A stretch of DNA of 63,621 nt, the filler included, from Octopus bimaculoides (taxonomy: Eukaryota): NCBI RefSeq assembly GCF_001194135.2. It is 6 parts of 5 records of this genome, joined end to end, with 100 filler letters (N's around TTAATTAATTAA, not from the genome) between each part and the next. Parts side by side here need not be neighbours in the genome. Positions count along the whole stretch, not along the records: positions 28,531 to 53,206 come from NC_068990.1; 5 more parts are not named here. One strand, written 5' to 3'. Made by a program: the position numbers and the translations under genes. The notes beneath the pieces were generated by a model. That model made no database searches, had not been told where the DNA came from, and saw nothing but the letters and a program-made list of their open reading frames with translations. This document shows positions 37,115-49,399 of this stretch, piece by piece. Each line of letters begins with the position of its first letter. Position 1 is the stretch's first letter.

Positions 37115-37318
37115 CATGTCTGTGTCAGTTCATGACTATGTATACACCTTAATAAGCAAAAGCATGCTACTAAGTCATCCTGAGCTACAAGTGATGGCCA
37201 AAATATTTAGCTTATTACTCATGCTAAACTGAATAGAACAGTACACACACCCAAAACTGGAGCAGTTACATAATGAGAAAGAATCCAAAGTTTAGAAAAG
37301 AAAATAAATTTAACAAAC

Positions 37319-37472
37319 CTCTGCATCAAGGGAGAGTAATTTTGATGCATAATCGAAAACATCAGAGATGATGGCATTAATATTATATTCTCCAGACTTT
37401 TTCAGATGTTTTGGATCTCGCTGAATCAACATGGCTAATGTTACCGACAGAGCAACACCTCCTGCTTGACAC
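37319..37472 (-). CDS. ADP-ribosylglycohydrolase-like gene, exon c (R-CQAGGVALSVTLAMLIQRDPKHLKKSGEYNINAIISDVFDYASKLLSLDAE)
   Basis: Acceptor ttttcttctaccctag, donor GAG|GTTTGT, 154 nt (1+51 codons). Completes the Arg codon split from exon b. Confidence 0.9.
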
Positions 37473-38859
37473 CTAGGGTAGAAGAAAACTGCAGGTAAAT
37501 ATTTACTAAAAACTGATAGCAGTAGTAGAGAAATCATCATCATTGCTTCAATATCTACTTTTCGATGCTTACATAGATCAGATAGAGTTTACCAAGTTAG
37601 ATGTTCTTAGGCAGGATGCTCTTCCTGTCATCAATGCTTACCTGTTTCCAAGCAAGGTAATACTTCACCATGTTTTTGTAGAAAATTGAAAATGAATGAC
37701 CTTCATTTACAACAATCATATGTTGTCTAAACATCACAGATGTCACACACATAAAACAGTGTCTGTCTACCAAATCTACTCACAAAGCTTTAATCAGCCT
37801 GGAGTCTATAGTAGTAGACACTTGCCCATGATATCACACAGTGAGACTAAACCTATGTGGTTTGGAAGTGAACTTCAAAACAAATAAGACTGGGACAACA
37901 GTTGTGCCAAATGTATTTTGATGGATGTTATAAATACACTTTTCTATGCTGAATCTAAATAAGTAATCAAGTTTTCTCTATCAGGTTTAGATTTCTAGTG
38001 ATAATATGTTTGTTTTACATTATTTAGCTGAATGACTGAATAAAAAAAACAATATATTAACATAAATGTGATTAAAATTTTTAATAGTAATATAGACATA
38101 TTAATTTTTATGTACAATTAGTACAATTTATTACTTTAATTTTTTGCTTGTTTCAGTCATTAAACTGCAGCCATGCTGGGGCAACTCCTTGAAGAATTTT
38201 AGTTGAATGAATTGACCCCAGAACATTATTTTAAAGTCTAGTACTTATTCTATTGGTGTCTTTTGCCAAACTGCTAAGTTACAGGGACATAAACACACCA
38301 ACACTGGTTGTCAAGCAGCTGTGGGAAGACAAACAGACGTACACACACATATATATGTGATGGCTTCCTTCAGTTTCTGTTTATCAAATCCATTCACAAG
38401 GCTTAGGTCAGCCCGAGGCCATAGTAGAAGACACTTGCCCAGGGTGCCACACAGTGGGACTGAACCCAGGACTATGTGGCTGGGAAACAGTCTTCTTACC
38501 ACACAGCGACTCCTGGGTAGAAAGTTGAAATATATTTAGACCTATTCAGACACAGCCTAATGTATGTGCATAACAGCACCAACTCACTCTCTTTGTAAAA
38601 GCCAGTGTTAACAGCAGGTGTGTCTGCCTCTCATTGATTTTACACCAGAATTTTGTTCAGGGAGATGTTTAGTCATGCCATGGAACTGTCTGAATTATCA
38701 TAATTCCTATCTGCTATGTATGTGATGATCTAACTTTAAAACAATAAAAATTAATACAACACAAACATATATTTGTCAAATGTAACAATCATCATCATCA
38801 TCATCATCATCATCATTTAGCATCCATTTTCCATGCTGCTACCAGGACAATATGAGAAT

Positions 38860-39715
38860 GGTCTCCTCATGTTAACAAGTCTACTAACAGGATGACTAAC
38901 CAGTTCACATCACATGCCATTTGATATTCTAATGATTTGGAAGGAACCTAAAAATCACACAATAGAAGAACAGGCCTGAGCATACATCATTTGTTCCAAG
39001 GAAGAAAAATGTTTTGAAAGGTTCACTTGCTGACCTGAGAAAAGGTTCCTCCCTTCTTTACACATCAAGCAACTTATGAAAAACTTTGTTAAAGCAATGG
39101 ATTAATTACAAACTGGTTTCAAAAACTTGAAAAACAATTGTTCTCAGATCAATGATGCAAAGATTTAAGAAGGCATTTTTGTAAACCCTCATATTAATGA
39201 ATTGTTAAGAGATGCAAGTTAAATGAAGTTGAGAAATCTGTGTGAAGTTTCAAAAAGAGTCTGAACTTTTTAGGAAGTCATAAGTCAAAAATTATTCAGA
39301 AATAATGTAACCTATGTCACATAAGTCATAACAATGTGTCAAACTTTTTTTCTGGAAAAACTCAGGCAATGAACATGGCAAGAATTTTCATCAGGATATT
39401 TCAACTATTGAAATGTGTTACCATGACAACTGGAGTGCCCAGTATGTTTGCTGGCAAATGATGGACTTTAAAAGGAGATATGTCTGAAGCAAAACACAGT
39501 AGAAAATCAAATGGAGATACTTTTTAAACTACATGTATGTGTTTTTGACATTAAGTTTTGTACAGATCTTCAAAAATTAAGTTGCTTGCCACACAATAGC
39601 CTGACTAGACAGAGACATGTTACAAACTTATTTGAATTCAGCACCTAAAACTATTAAAAGAATCATATTTTCACAAACCCTTTTTTCTCTCTCTTTTTTT
39701 TTTTTGTTCCCCAAT
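38860..39715 (+). mobile_element. Degenerate Chapaev3-type (CMC) transposase remnant (intronic)
   Basis: MPFDILMIWKEPKNH, LHIK.LMKNFVKAMD, KEGIFVNPHI, NFLGSHKS, EHGKNFHQDIST and WTLK motifs. The superfamily label is recalled, not searched. Confidence 0.7.
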
Positions 39716-40596
39716 TCTATAGTCTATTTCATTCAAATACTTATAGACCAAACATAAACACATCCATGCAATGTGCTTGCATGTATACATATATGTACAT
39801 ATACTCAGATAAATGAAGATAAAGTCTGTTCCAAAGCATGCCAAATGTAAGAAAATAATATGATGATAAGTAGAACAATAACAAAAACGAGCGATAAATC
39901 ATTTTAAAATTGCTCAAGAAAGAGAAACAGTATGATAAGTTTTTATTCATTTATCAATTTCAAATGGAAGAGTCTCAATGGCCAAATGAATGAAGAGTTT
40001 CCTTTTAGTTTTATGAGTTCATATCCTGTTTGTGTTCAACACTGGATTTTTGACAATCTCAGTCTATTTGAGTACAGATTAGCGATGAACACAAAGCTGT
40101 TTTAACAACATATATTAAATTAGAAAGTGGCACATAAAAGCACCTACTACACTCTCAGAGTGGTTAGCATTAGGAAGGGCATCCAGCTGTAGAAACTCTG
40201 CCAAATCAGATTGGAGCCTGGTGTAGCCATCTGGTTTCACCAGTCCTCAGTCAAATCGTCCAACCCATGCTAGCATGGAAAGCGGACGTTAAACGACGAT
40301 GATGATGATGATGATGAAAGTAATGAGCAGTCAGATAGGTTATATATATTTGAGATGAAGTTATGTCAAACCAGCTTTTAGCTTTGATGCAGACAAATAC
40401 ATAACCAAAACCCCAGGACGTATGACAAATATATATAGCATACAAAGAACAGCGCAGCTAGGAACCAAACACAGCCTACATAGATCACTTTCAATACAGT
40501 AAAAATAATAACAAAACAAACTGTAGCAGACAGAACTATGCTCACCATTGCAAGGAAAGCATGCAATAAAAATAAGACAACTGAGTAGAAGTATTA

Positions 40597-41180
40597 AGTT
40601 CAAATTTTGACACAAAGCCAGCAATTTTGGGAGAGGTAAGTCAATTACATCAACCCCAGAGCTCAACTGGTACTTATTTTATCGACCCTGAAAGAATGAA
40701 AGGCAAAGCCAACCTTGGCGGAATTTGAACTCAGAATATAAAGAAATGGATGAAATGCCGCTAAGCATTTTGTTTGGCATGCTAACAATTCTACTAGCTC
40801 ACTGCCTTAATAATAACAATAATAATCCTTTCTGTGATAGGCACATGGCTTGAAATTTGGCAGGAGCTAATCAGTTACATCAACCCCAGCACTTGACTGA
40901 TACTATATTTTATCAACCCTGAAGGGATGAAAAGAAAAGTTGACCTTGGCAGAATTTGAATCCAGAATGTAAAGACAGATGAAATGCCGCTAAGCATTTT
41001 GTTTGATGTGCAAATAATTCTGCCAGCTCACTACCTTAGTAATAATACTGGTTTCAAATTTTGTCACAAGGCCAGTAATTTTGGGGGTGGGGGTAAGTTG
41101 ATTATGTCAACTCCAGTACCCAACTGGTACTTATTTTATCGACCCCAAAAGGATGACAGGCAAAGTCAACCTCATCAGAA
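40597..41180 (-). mobile_element. Cluster of three SINE family A copies; a fourth at 41445-41660 lies on the other side of exon b
   Basis: Repeated GGCAAAG..AACCTTGGC.GAATTTGAA..CAGAA..TAAAGA...GATGAAATGCCGCTAAGCATTT, separated by TAA-rich spacers. Confidence 0.85.
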
Positions 41181-41230
41181 AATAACAATAATGCAACATT
41201 AATAATTAAATGTCTAAAATTTATTTTTAC

Positions 41231-41385
41231 CTTGAATCTGGTATTAAAATATCACATACAAGTAACGTGTTCTTGATAACTTTTCCAAGAATATTGTAAT
41301 AATGAATTCCAAGAATAGGAGAAAATGCTAAAATTGCATTACTGGCTACATAATTGCCTTTCATTCGCCACACTATTTCTGCTGC
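41231..41385 (-). CDS. ADP-ribosylglycohydrolase-like gene, exon b (AAEIVWRMKGNYVASNAILAFSPILG...KNTLLVCDILIPDS-R)
   Basis: Acceptor ttttcttttctttcttgaatacag, donor AAG|GTAAAA, 155 nt (51 codons + 2), no stops. Confidence 0.9.
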
Positions 41386-42249
41386 CTGTATTCAAGAAAG
41401 AAAAGAAAATAAAACTAATAAAAATTATACAAGTAGTCAATGGTTTCTGATTTAGGCACAAGGCTAGCAACTTTGAGGGAAGTGGGGTTAGTCAATATTA
41501 TCAACTCCAGTATTTGACTGGTACTTTATTTTACTGACTCCAGAGGGATGAAAGGCAGAGTTGGCCCAAATGGGATTTGAACTCAGAACATAAAGAGTTA
41601 GAAGAGATACAGTCAAGCATTTCTTTCACTGCTCTAATAATTCTGCCAGTTAACTGTCCTATTATATGGTAATTAATGAAAATAAAATAAATTTTAAGAG
41701 AAAAGTGGAGGAGAAAATTGAAAAACTGGAAAGAAAATAGATTGTTACTTCAAATGTTGTTACTTCAAATTTTTTTCTAGACACACAAATAGTACGATGA
41801 AGATTAGAAAAAAAGGGGGTTGTGTGTTGGAGTAATGAGATTGTTGCATAGGTCCAGACATCCCTTATTATTCTACAAGCATAGTATGGTGAGGAAGAGA
41901 GATCCACCACCACCCTTAGTCACACTGACAGCATAGCACAGTGAGAATAAAAATACTGATTAATGTTGAATCTATTCAACAGGAAAAGTTTAACAATTTT
42001 TTAATTTGTGGATTCTATATGAGTTTGTCAAAAGGAAGTGAGGTTCTAGAGCAGGATGTACATACTTAACATTATGTCCTATCTTAAAACTGCATCAATT
42101 TCTGAATTGATGTCAAGATGAGGAACCTAAGTCATATACAGTAATATGCCTTATCCAAAGACATAATTTAGTGCCAGTGGAGAATTTTGAAACCAAAACC
42201 TGTGGTCTGTGAACTCAGCCATATTAACTTACATTTTAACAGAAAATGA

Positions 42250-42620
42250 TGTAACAATTTGTCTCTGAAAAGCATGGACTGTTCTTGATGGCATTAGCAA
42301 TATCTGAAAGTCATCTTTCCAAGATGATCTAAAGAAAAGTTACTTCTCAGCCCCAGTAGAATCAGTACTATTGGATGGATCCCTTGGTTGGACACTCACT
42401 AAAGACCTCAAGGTAAGATTAAATGGGTTATATTTCCACATTATAGGCTATTCTGAAAACTAGCAGGGAAAGCATTCATACAAACAGGGACTTCTTGCAA
42501 TCACTGATATTATTAGAGAGGCACATGTATTTTGTAGGACATTGATTCAAGAAAAATCTGATTGTGATACACATCTATGAACACCTCAACATGGATATGC
42601 ATAAGTTAGCTATCCAACAA
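42250..42620 (+). mobile_element. RTE-clade LINE RT C-terminal fragment (intronic)
   Basis: AWTVLDGISNI*KSS..DLKKSYFSAPVESVLLDGS.GWTLTKDL...MYFVGH resembles the RTE 'VESVLLYG.E.WTLT' and 'FAGH' motifs. Confidence 0.65.
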
Positions 42621-42845
42621 AAACTTTCATCAATTAGCTTTGTATGGACATAGAATGTTACTCTGTTGACTACCTGACACTGAACAGAACTGTGATAGAG
42701 TGGTGGTGGTGGTGGTAGAGGAGGGGGAGTTTTCAAGTTGGGTGAATCCAAGCAAGCTTGACCAGATGATTAAATGAAAGGAAAGAAAAAGAAAAGGAAA
42801 AAAATAAATGAGTTAATGAACAAAAATTGAATTACATTAACTTAC

Positions 42846-42989
42846 TTTTTCTGGTTGTTCTGAAAATTGCGGGTGATTGATCACAGACTTGAAATGAGGA
42901 CAAAGACCTTTTGCCACTTTGTCTCCTAATTCAGGGAACCCAGATTCTGACCATTCCATCATCATCTTAGCAAAATTAACAGAAGGAAT
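42846..42989 (-). CDS. ADP-ribosylglycohydrolase-like gene, exon a (IPSVNFAKMMMEWSESGFPELGDKVAKGLCPHFKSVINHPQFSEQPEK)
   Basis: Acceptor tttctttactccttttag, donor AAA|GTAAGT, 144 nt, phase 0-0. The FA..W...GFPELGD motif is typical of invertebrate/fungal ARH (J1-crystallin-like) proteins as recalled. Confidence 0.9.
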
Positions 42990-44262
42990 CTAAAAGGAGT
43001 AAAGAAACAAAAACAAATGTGAATGTAAATTCTACCTCATGTTTTCCACTAAATTGAAGAACATAAACATTTCATTGCTTATAATAAAAACCAAACACTA
43101 TTTTTTTTATCAAAGAAAGCCTCATATTATGCACTCCAACTACATATTACAAGTCAAAATCACTAAAACACCATACAGAGCACTTGTGGGATGATTACAG
43201 CTGTATGGTTTACCAAATAATAAGCTTCTACCATCATTATTTCCATGCGAGCATGAATTGGACAGTTCTGGCAAGCCAGAAGACTGCACCAAGCTCAACT
43301 GTCTGTTTTGGTATGATTTCTACTGCTGGATGCCCTTCATAATGCCTACAACTTTACAGAGTTTACTGGGTGCAGTATATTTAGTTAGTAATCAGGAGCA
43401 GTATAGAGACTGCTCTTCCTTCTTTCCCCCCAACTATCTATACTGCTCCTGACTACTAATTAAATATAAACACTTCATCTAAATGTAAAATTTGTGTCAT
43501 TTAATTTCTCTGAAAAATTTCTAATAGGAATTTCCTTATATGGCTACCTAACATGTAAAACTGTAATTCTTATTAGCAAATGAAACATGCGTAATGGTGA
43601 GCTTGGTGCAGTCTTCTGACTTGCCAGAACTGTCAATTCATATCAGTAATTTTTTCAATTTCCTGTTTTGTTATACAATAAATCTGAAAATAATATTTCC
43701 ATAATTTTTAACTTTGATATGTACTTTGCACATACACAGTAACAACTTATTGGATTGTAATAATGGAATAAGCAGATGTGCTTCAAGAGAAAACAGCTGG
43801 AATTTTACCCTATCAACCTATAGTGTGTGTGTGTGTCATCATCACTGTTTTTATGTTCACTTTTCCATGTTCACATGGCTTAGACAGAAATTTGTTGAGG
43901 TGGATTTTTCTATTGCTATATGCCCTTCCTGTCACCAACCCTCACCTATTTCCAAGTAATGACCAGATATATTTCCGCAGAGGACTGAGGATGGACAAAA
44001 ACCACTTGCATGATGGTGGCATTTGTTTACAACTCACACATAATTTCAAGGCAAGGAGAGTGACACATAAATATATATGTATGTATGACAGGCTTCTTTC
44101 AGCTTCTGTCTACCAAATCCACTCATAAGATGTTGATTGATCTGAGGCAATAGCAGAAGACACCTGTCCAAGGTGTCACACACCAGGACTGAAACTAAAG
44201 TCATGTGGCTAAGAAGGAAACTTCTTCGCCACACAGCCACTCCTACACCTATCAAATACATA

Positions 44263-45502
44263 CCGTAAAAACCCATGTAATTTATGCACTTTTTCGCAAA
44301 AATAAAAATGAACTTTAGGAGTGCATAAATTATGTGAGTAGATCATTTCCAGAATTCTTTTGAAATTTATTTTGTTGAAAAGAGATGTACAAAACGTAAA
44401 CATTCATACTGGAAGTTGACTCACTTAATGTCAGAATAGGTTTTTACAGAAAAAAATAATGGCTTAAATGTAATGAAGTTAACTTTTATTTATGCTGGAC
44501 TGTATAATGCTTACTTTTTCTGTATAAATTTACTAAAACCATTAAATGGTTAACTACTTTTTGAAGTCTGGCATTCATACTGGTAAACACGGTCTGGGCC
44601 ATATTTTACACTGCTTGGAGTTTCTACCTATCGCAACAGAGCACCATGGACATACATAATGATATGGATACTTCTAACTGAAAAAAATGTAATGATATGG
44701 ATAATCTTGATTGTATGTTTTTATTTTTGTCTGTTTATCACTAGGCACAGTTTTAAGTTTGTCATACTGCTCACACCAATTTTGAACACTGGCTTCATTA
44801 ACATTAAAATACCTTCTGGCAGCTCTATTATCACTTTCAAATGCATATTCAACATATTTAATTTCTCCTTCGCAGTAAATGATTCATAAGTTCTGCCCAT
44901 ACTGAGAGTAATGGTAATGACAAATTTTTAAGTTTGCTTAAAATTTTATAAGTGTGAAAGAGATTAAAAATTCGATACTCAAAGGTTCTGACAAGAATAG
45001 GAGGAAAAGAATTCTGTTTACATAATCAGTTTGATTCGTCACCCTCCTCTGTCGGTTGGTAATTAAACTTAATTTGCAACACCTGTGCAGATTTATCAGC
45101 TTTGTTTTTGTTAGTAATTCTTATCAACAACTTTTCCTGTGATTGTGATTTGAGAAGACATACAGCAGTATGCTAAAGATTGGACATAATCTCTATTGGG
45201 CAAGAAATATAAAATAAAGTTTATTATAAACAACACAAACATTTTGTATTTTAATAGCTTTCAATGTGATACCTGTTAAACAGAAATCATTTTTATTTAT
45301 TGAAAATTTAATAAAATCTTATCATAAGTGAAATTAGGCTAAATACAACTAAGTTGAAAACTTTTTTCTCTTGGCTATATCGGCAATTCTGAAAACTTTT
45401 GGGTGCGAATTTTACATGAGTAGAAACTTTTTTTAACAAATTTTATCCTGAAAATCACCTGCGTAAATTACACAGGTGCACAAATTACATGGGTTTTTAC
45501 AG
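44263..45502 (-). mobile_element. Internally deleted pogo-type DNA transposon (1240 bp)
   Basis: TA|CCGTAAAAACCCATGTAATTT and AAATTACATGGGTTTTTACAG|TA TIRs. Minus-strand remnant MGRTYESFTAKEKL..YVEYAFESDNRAARRYFNVNEASVQNW resembles a Brinker-type DBD. Confidence 0.85.
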
Positions 45503-45845
45503 TATATGGTAAAACAAGGCCTAGAAGGTTGAAAAATCATTTCTATACATAGTGGTAATCTATAAAAAATTATAACTCCATATGCTTCTCTAGATTATGC
45601 CTGCAATAGGAGTTAAAATCAAGAGTTGAAAGACACCTATTTTACAACTACTGATTATTACAAAACTAAGTTGTTCAACGCTAAAAAGAAGTATCCACTT
45701 GACAGAACAAGTCAAACTACACCTTATACTCTTTTTAAGGGGTATAAGGTGTGATTTGACTGGGCTCATTTGGGAGTCAAACATGGGCAGACAGAGCTTA
45801 GTACCATTTATGAAATTTAAATAATTTCATTGTCTTAGAACTTAC

Positions 45846-45879
45846 CCAATTAACCACCAACTCAGATATGATGACTTTG
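45846..45879 (-). CDS. Weak candidate upstream exon of the ARH-like gene
   Basis: Perfect TGG|GTAAGT donor and AG acceptor. One frame (KVIISELVVNW) is phase-0 compatible with exon a. Homology is marginal. Confidence 0.3.
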
Positions 45880-48800
45880 CTATATATCAAAATAAAAATA
45901 ACAGATAAATAGTGACAGTGCACATTAGTCATTTAATGGATGGTCCTAGTAGTATATCAATTTTTTTATATGGGAAGTGGTTGCAAGACCCTTGGTCAAC
46001 CCTTTCCCTTTTCTTTGGAAAGGAACACTGTGAGTGGCCTCTCACAACATTTTCTCAACGTGTAGCCTAGTTAACTCAGAGGGAGAGAGGCAGACAGAGA
46101 AAAGAAAAGAATCAACCCCAGCACTTGACTGGCAATAAATTAATTTGTTCACCCAAAAGAAGATAAAGCAAGTTTGACTCCAATGGAATTTGAACAAGGA
46201 GGCAGAACAAATACTACAAGGTATTCTATCTGACTCAGCCAATTTGCTTTCTGTGTGTGTGTGTGTGTGTGTTTGTGTGCGTGCGTGTGCGTGCGTGTGT
46301 GCGTGTGNNNNNNNNNNNNNNNNNNNNNNNNNNNNNNNNNNNNNNNNNNNNNNNNNNNNNNNNNNNNNNNNNNNNNNNNNNNNNNNNNNNNNNNNNNNNN
46401 NNNNNNNNNNNNNNNNNNNNNNNNNNNNNNNNNNNNNNNNNNNNNNNNNNNNNNNNNNNNNNNNNNNNNNNNNNNNNNNNNNNNNNNNNNNNNNNNNNNN
46501 NNNNNNNNNNNNNNNNNNNNNNNNNNNNNNNNNNNNNNNNNNNNNNNNNNNNNNNNNNNNNNNNNNNNNNNNNNNNNNNNNNNNNNNNNNNNNNNNNNNN
46601 NNNNNNNNNNNNNNNNNNNNNNNNNNNNNNNNNNNNNNNNNNNNNNNNNNNNNNNNNNNNNNNNNNNNNNNNNNNNNNNNNNNNNNNNNNNNNNNNNNNN
46701 NNNNNNNNNNNNNNNNNNNNNNNNNNNNNNNNNNNNNNNNNNNNNNNNNNNNNNNNNNNNNNNNNNNNNNNNNNNNNNNNNNNNNNNNNNNNNNNNNNNN
46801 NNNNNNNNNNNNNNNNNNNNNNNNNNNNNNNNNNNNNNNNNNNNNNNNNNNNNNNNNNNNNNNNNNNNNNNNNNNNNNNNNNNNNNNNNNNNNNNNNNNN
46901 NNNNNNNNNNNNNNNNNNNNNNNNNNNNNNNNNNNNNNNNNNNNNNNNNNNNNNNNNNNNNNNNNNNNNNNNNNNNNNNNNNNNNNNNNNNNNNNNNNNN
47001 NNNNNNNNNNNNNNNNNNNNNNNNNNNNNNNNNNNNNNNNNNNNNNNNNNNNNNNNNNNNNNNNNNNNNNNNNNNNNNNNNNNNNNNNNNNNNNNNNNNN
47101 NNNNNNNNNNNNNNNNNNNNNNNNNNNNNNNNNNNNNNNNNNNNNNNNNNNNNNNNNNNNNNNNNNNNNNNNNNNNNNNNNNNNNNNNNNNNNNNNNNNN
47201 NNNNNNNNNNNNNNNNNNNNNNNNNNNNNNNNNNNNNNNNNNNNNNNNNNNNNNNNNNNNNNNNNNNNNNNNNNNNNNNNNNNNNTAGGATTTTCGAGCG
47301 AGATCGTTGCCAGTGCCCCTGGACTGGCTTGTGCGGGTGGCACATAAAAGACACCATTTCGAGCGTGGCCGTTTTCGTGCGGGTGACACGTAAAAGCACC
47401 CACTACACTCTCTGAGTGGTTGGCGTTAGGAAGGGCATCCAGCTGTAGAAACTCTGCCAAATCAGACTGGAGCCTGGTGTTGCCATCCGGTTTCACCAGT
47501 CCTCAGTCAAATCATCCAACCCATGCTAGCATGGAAAGCGGACGTTAAACGATGATGATGATGATGATGCCCTTCCTAACACCAATCATTCCACAGAGTG
47601 GACTCAGTGTTTTTTACGTGGCACTAGTACAGGCGAAGTTAGTTTTGGCATGATTTTTACAGCTGGATTGCCCTTCCAAATGCCAACCACGTTAAGTATG
47701 GACTGGATGCTTTTAACATGCCACCAGCACTGGCAGGGTAACCAAGTAACTTACAAGACAAGAGAGGGGCAGGGCATTTGAGGAGAGTAACTTGTGTCAG
47801 AAGATGAAAAAATAGAGTGTGACAAAGACACAGAAGCAGGTGTCTTTCCACAACAGAGGAGGTGATCATTTGAGGGGGTGATCCAGTATCAAATGATGAA
47901 AGGTTAGAGTGTAATAGAGAAATAGAGAGGCAGAAATAGGTGTCTTGCTATAAAGGAGGTACATGGTTACCCAGTGAGAGAGAGGAAAGAGATATAGAGT
48001 AAGAGAGAGGTACAAGAAAGTGTGCTGATGTAAAGGAGATACTTGGTTACCTATTCAGAGGAAAAACAAGAAACTAATAAATTATAGTAACTAATGAATT
48101 TATATACAATTATAAATATTCAGGAGTGAAAAAAGTATTCATACAGAATAAATTATGAGTTTCTATGCCACAAAATATTGTTAAAATAATTTTTTTCTTT
48201 ACTAGAACTTTCTCGTTTGTTCCAATAACCTTATCAGTGGTCATTTTTAAGTGTCAAAACGCCAGCTTCTTCATTCAGCACTGAGACAACATCATAAAGT
48301 ATCTACCTATCTATCTTTCTTCTTACCCCTCTCCCCCTCTTGCTCTNNNNNNNNNNNNNNNNNNNNNNNNNNNNNNNNNNNNNNNNNNNNNNNNNNNNNN
48401 NNNNNNNNNNNNNNNNNNNNNNNNNNNNNNNNNNNNNNNNNNNNNNNNNNNNNNNNNNNNNNNNNNNNNNNNNNNNNNNNNNNNNNNNNNNNNNNNNNNN
48501 NNNNNNNNNNNNNNNNNNNNNNNNNNNNNNNNNNNNNNNNNNNNNNNNNNNNNNNNNNNNNNNNNNNNNNNNNNNNNNNNNNNNNNNNNNNNNNNNNNNN
48601 NNNNNNNNNNNNNNNNNNNNNNNNNNNNNNNNNNNNNNNNNNNNNNNNNNNNNNNNNNNNNNNNNNNNNNNNNNNNNNNNNNNNNNNNNNNNNNNNNNNN
48701 NNNNNNNNNNNNNNNNNNNNNNNNNNNNNNNNNNNNNNNNNNNNNNNNNNNNNNNNNNNNNNNNNNNNNNNNNNNNNNNNNNNNNNNNNNNNNNNNNNNN

Positions 48801-49399
48801 NNNNNNNNNNNNNNNNNNNNNNNNNNNNNNNNNNNNNNNNNNNNNNNNNNNNNNNNNNNNNNNNNNNNNNNNNNNNNNNNNNNNNNNNNNNNNNNNNNNN
48901 NNNNNNNNNNNNNNNNNNNNNNNNNNNNNNNNNNNNNNNNNNNNNNNNNNNNNNNNNNNNNNNNNNNNNNNNNNNNNNNNNNNNNNNNNNNNNNNNNNNN
49001 NNNNNNNNNNNNNNNNNNNNNNNNNNNNNNNNNNNNNNNNNNNNNNNNNNNNNNNNNNNNNNNNNNNNNNNNNNNNNNNNNNNNNNNNNNNNNNNNNNNN
49101 NNNNNNNNNNNNNNNNNNNNNNNNNNNNNNNNNNNNNNNNNCAACATAAAAAGTATATCCCTTCGTCAGTTGTCCCTGTTCCATGTACTCCAAGTTTCGA
49201 AGGCAAGGACAATATGCAAATTCATTGGAACAGTCCTTCCCACAAAGCAAATTAAATAAAATTTGGAATTTTTTGCGGAGGGTGAAAGTGTTAACAAGAA
49301 CAGGACAGTGAGAACAAGACAGTAAAAACAAACAGTGAGGGCTGTTGAGCCAAGACGATAGAAATATTATTATGAACACTAACTACCATGATAGAAGAG

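Noticed and set aside
43036-43077. Possible exon (NEMFMFFNLVENM) just upstream of exon a
   Set aside because: It would need a 46-nt intron and its phase is incompatible with exon a. The compatible frame has a stop.
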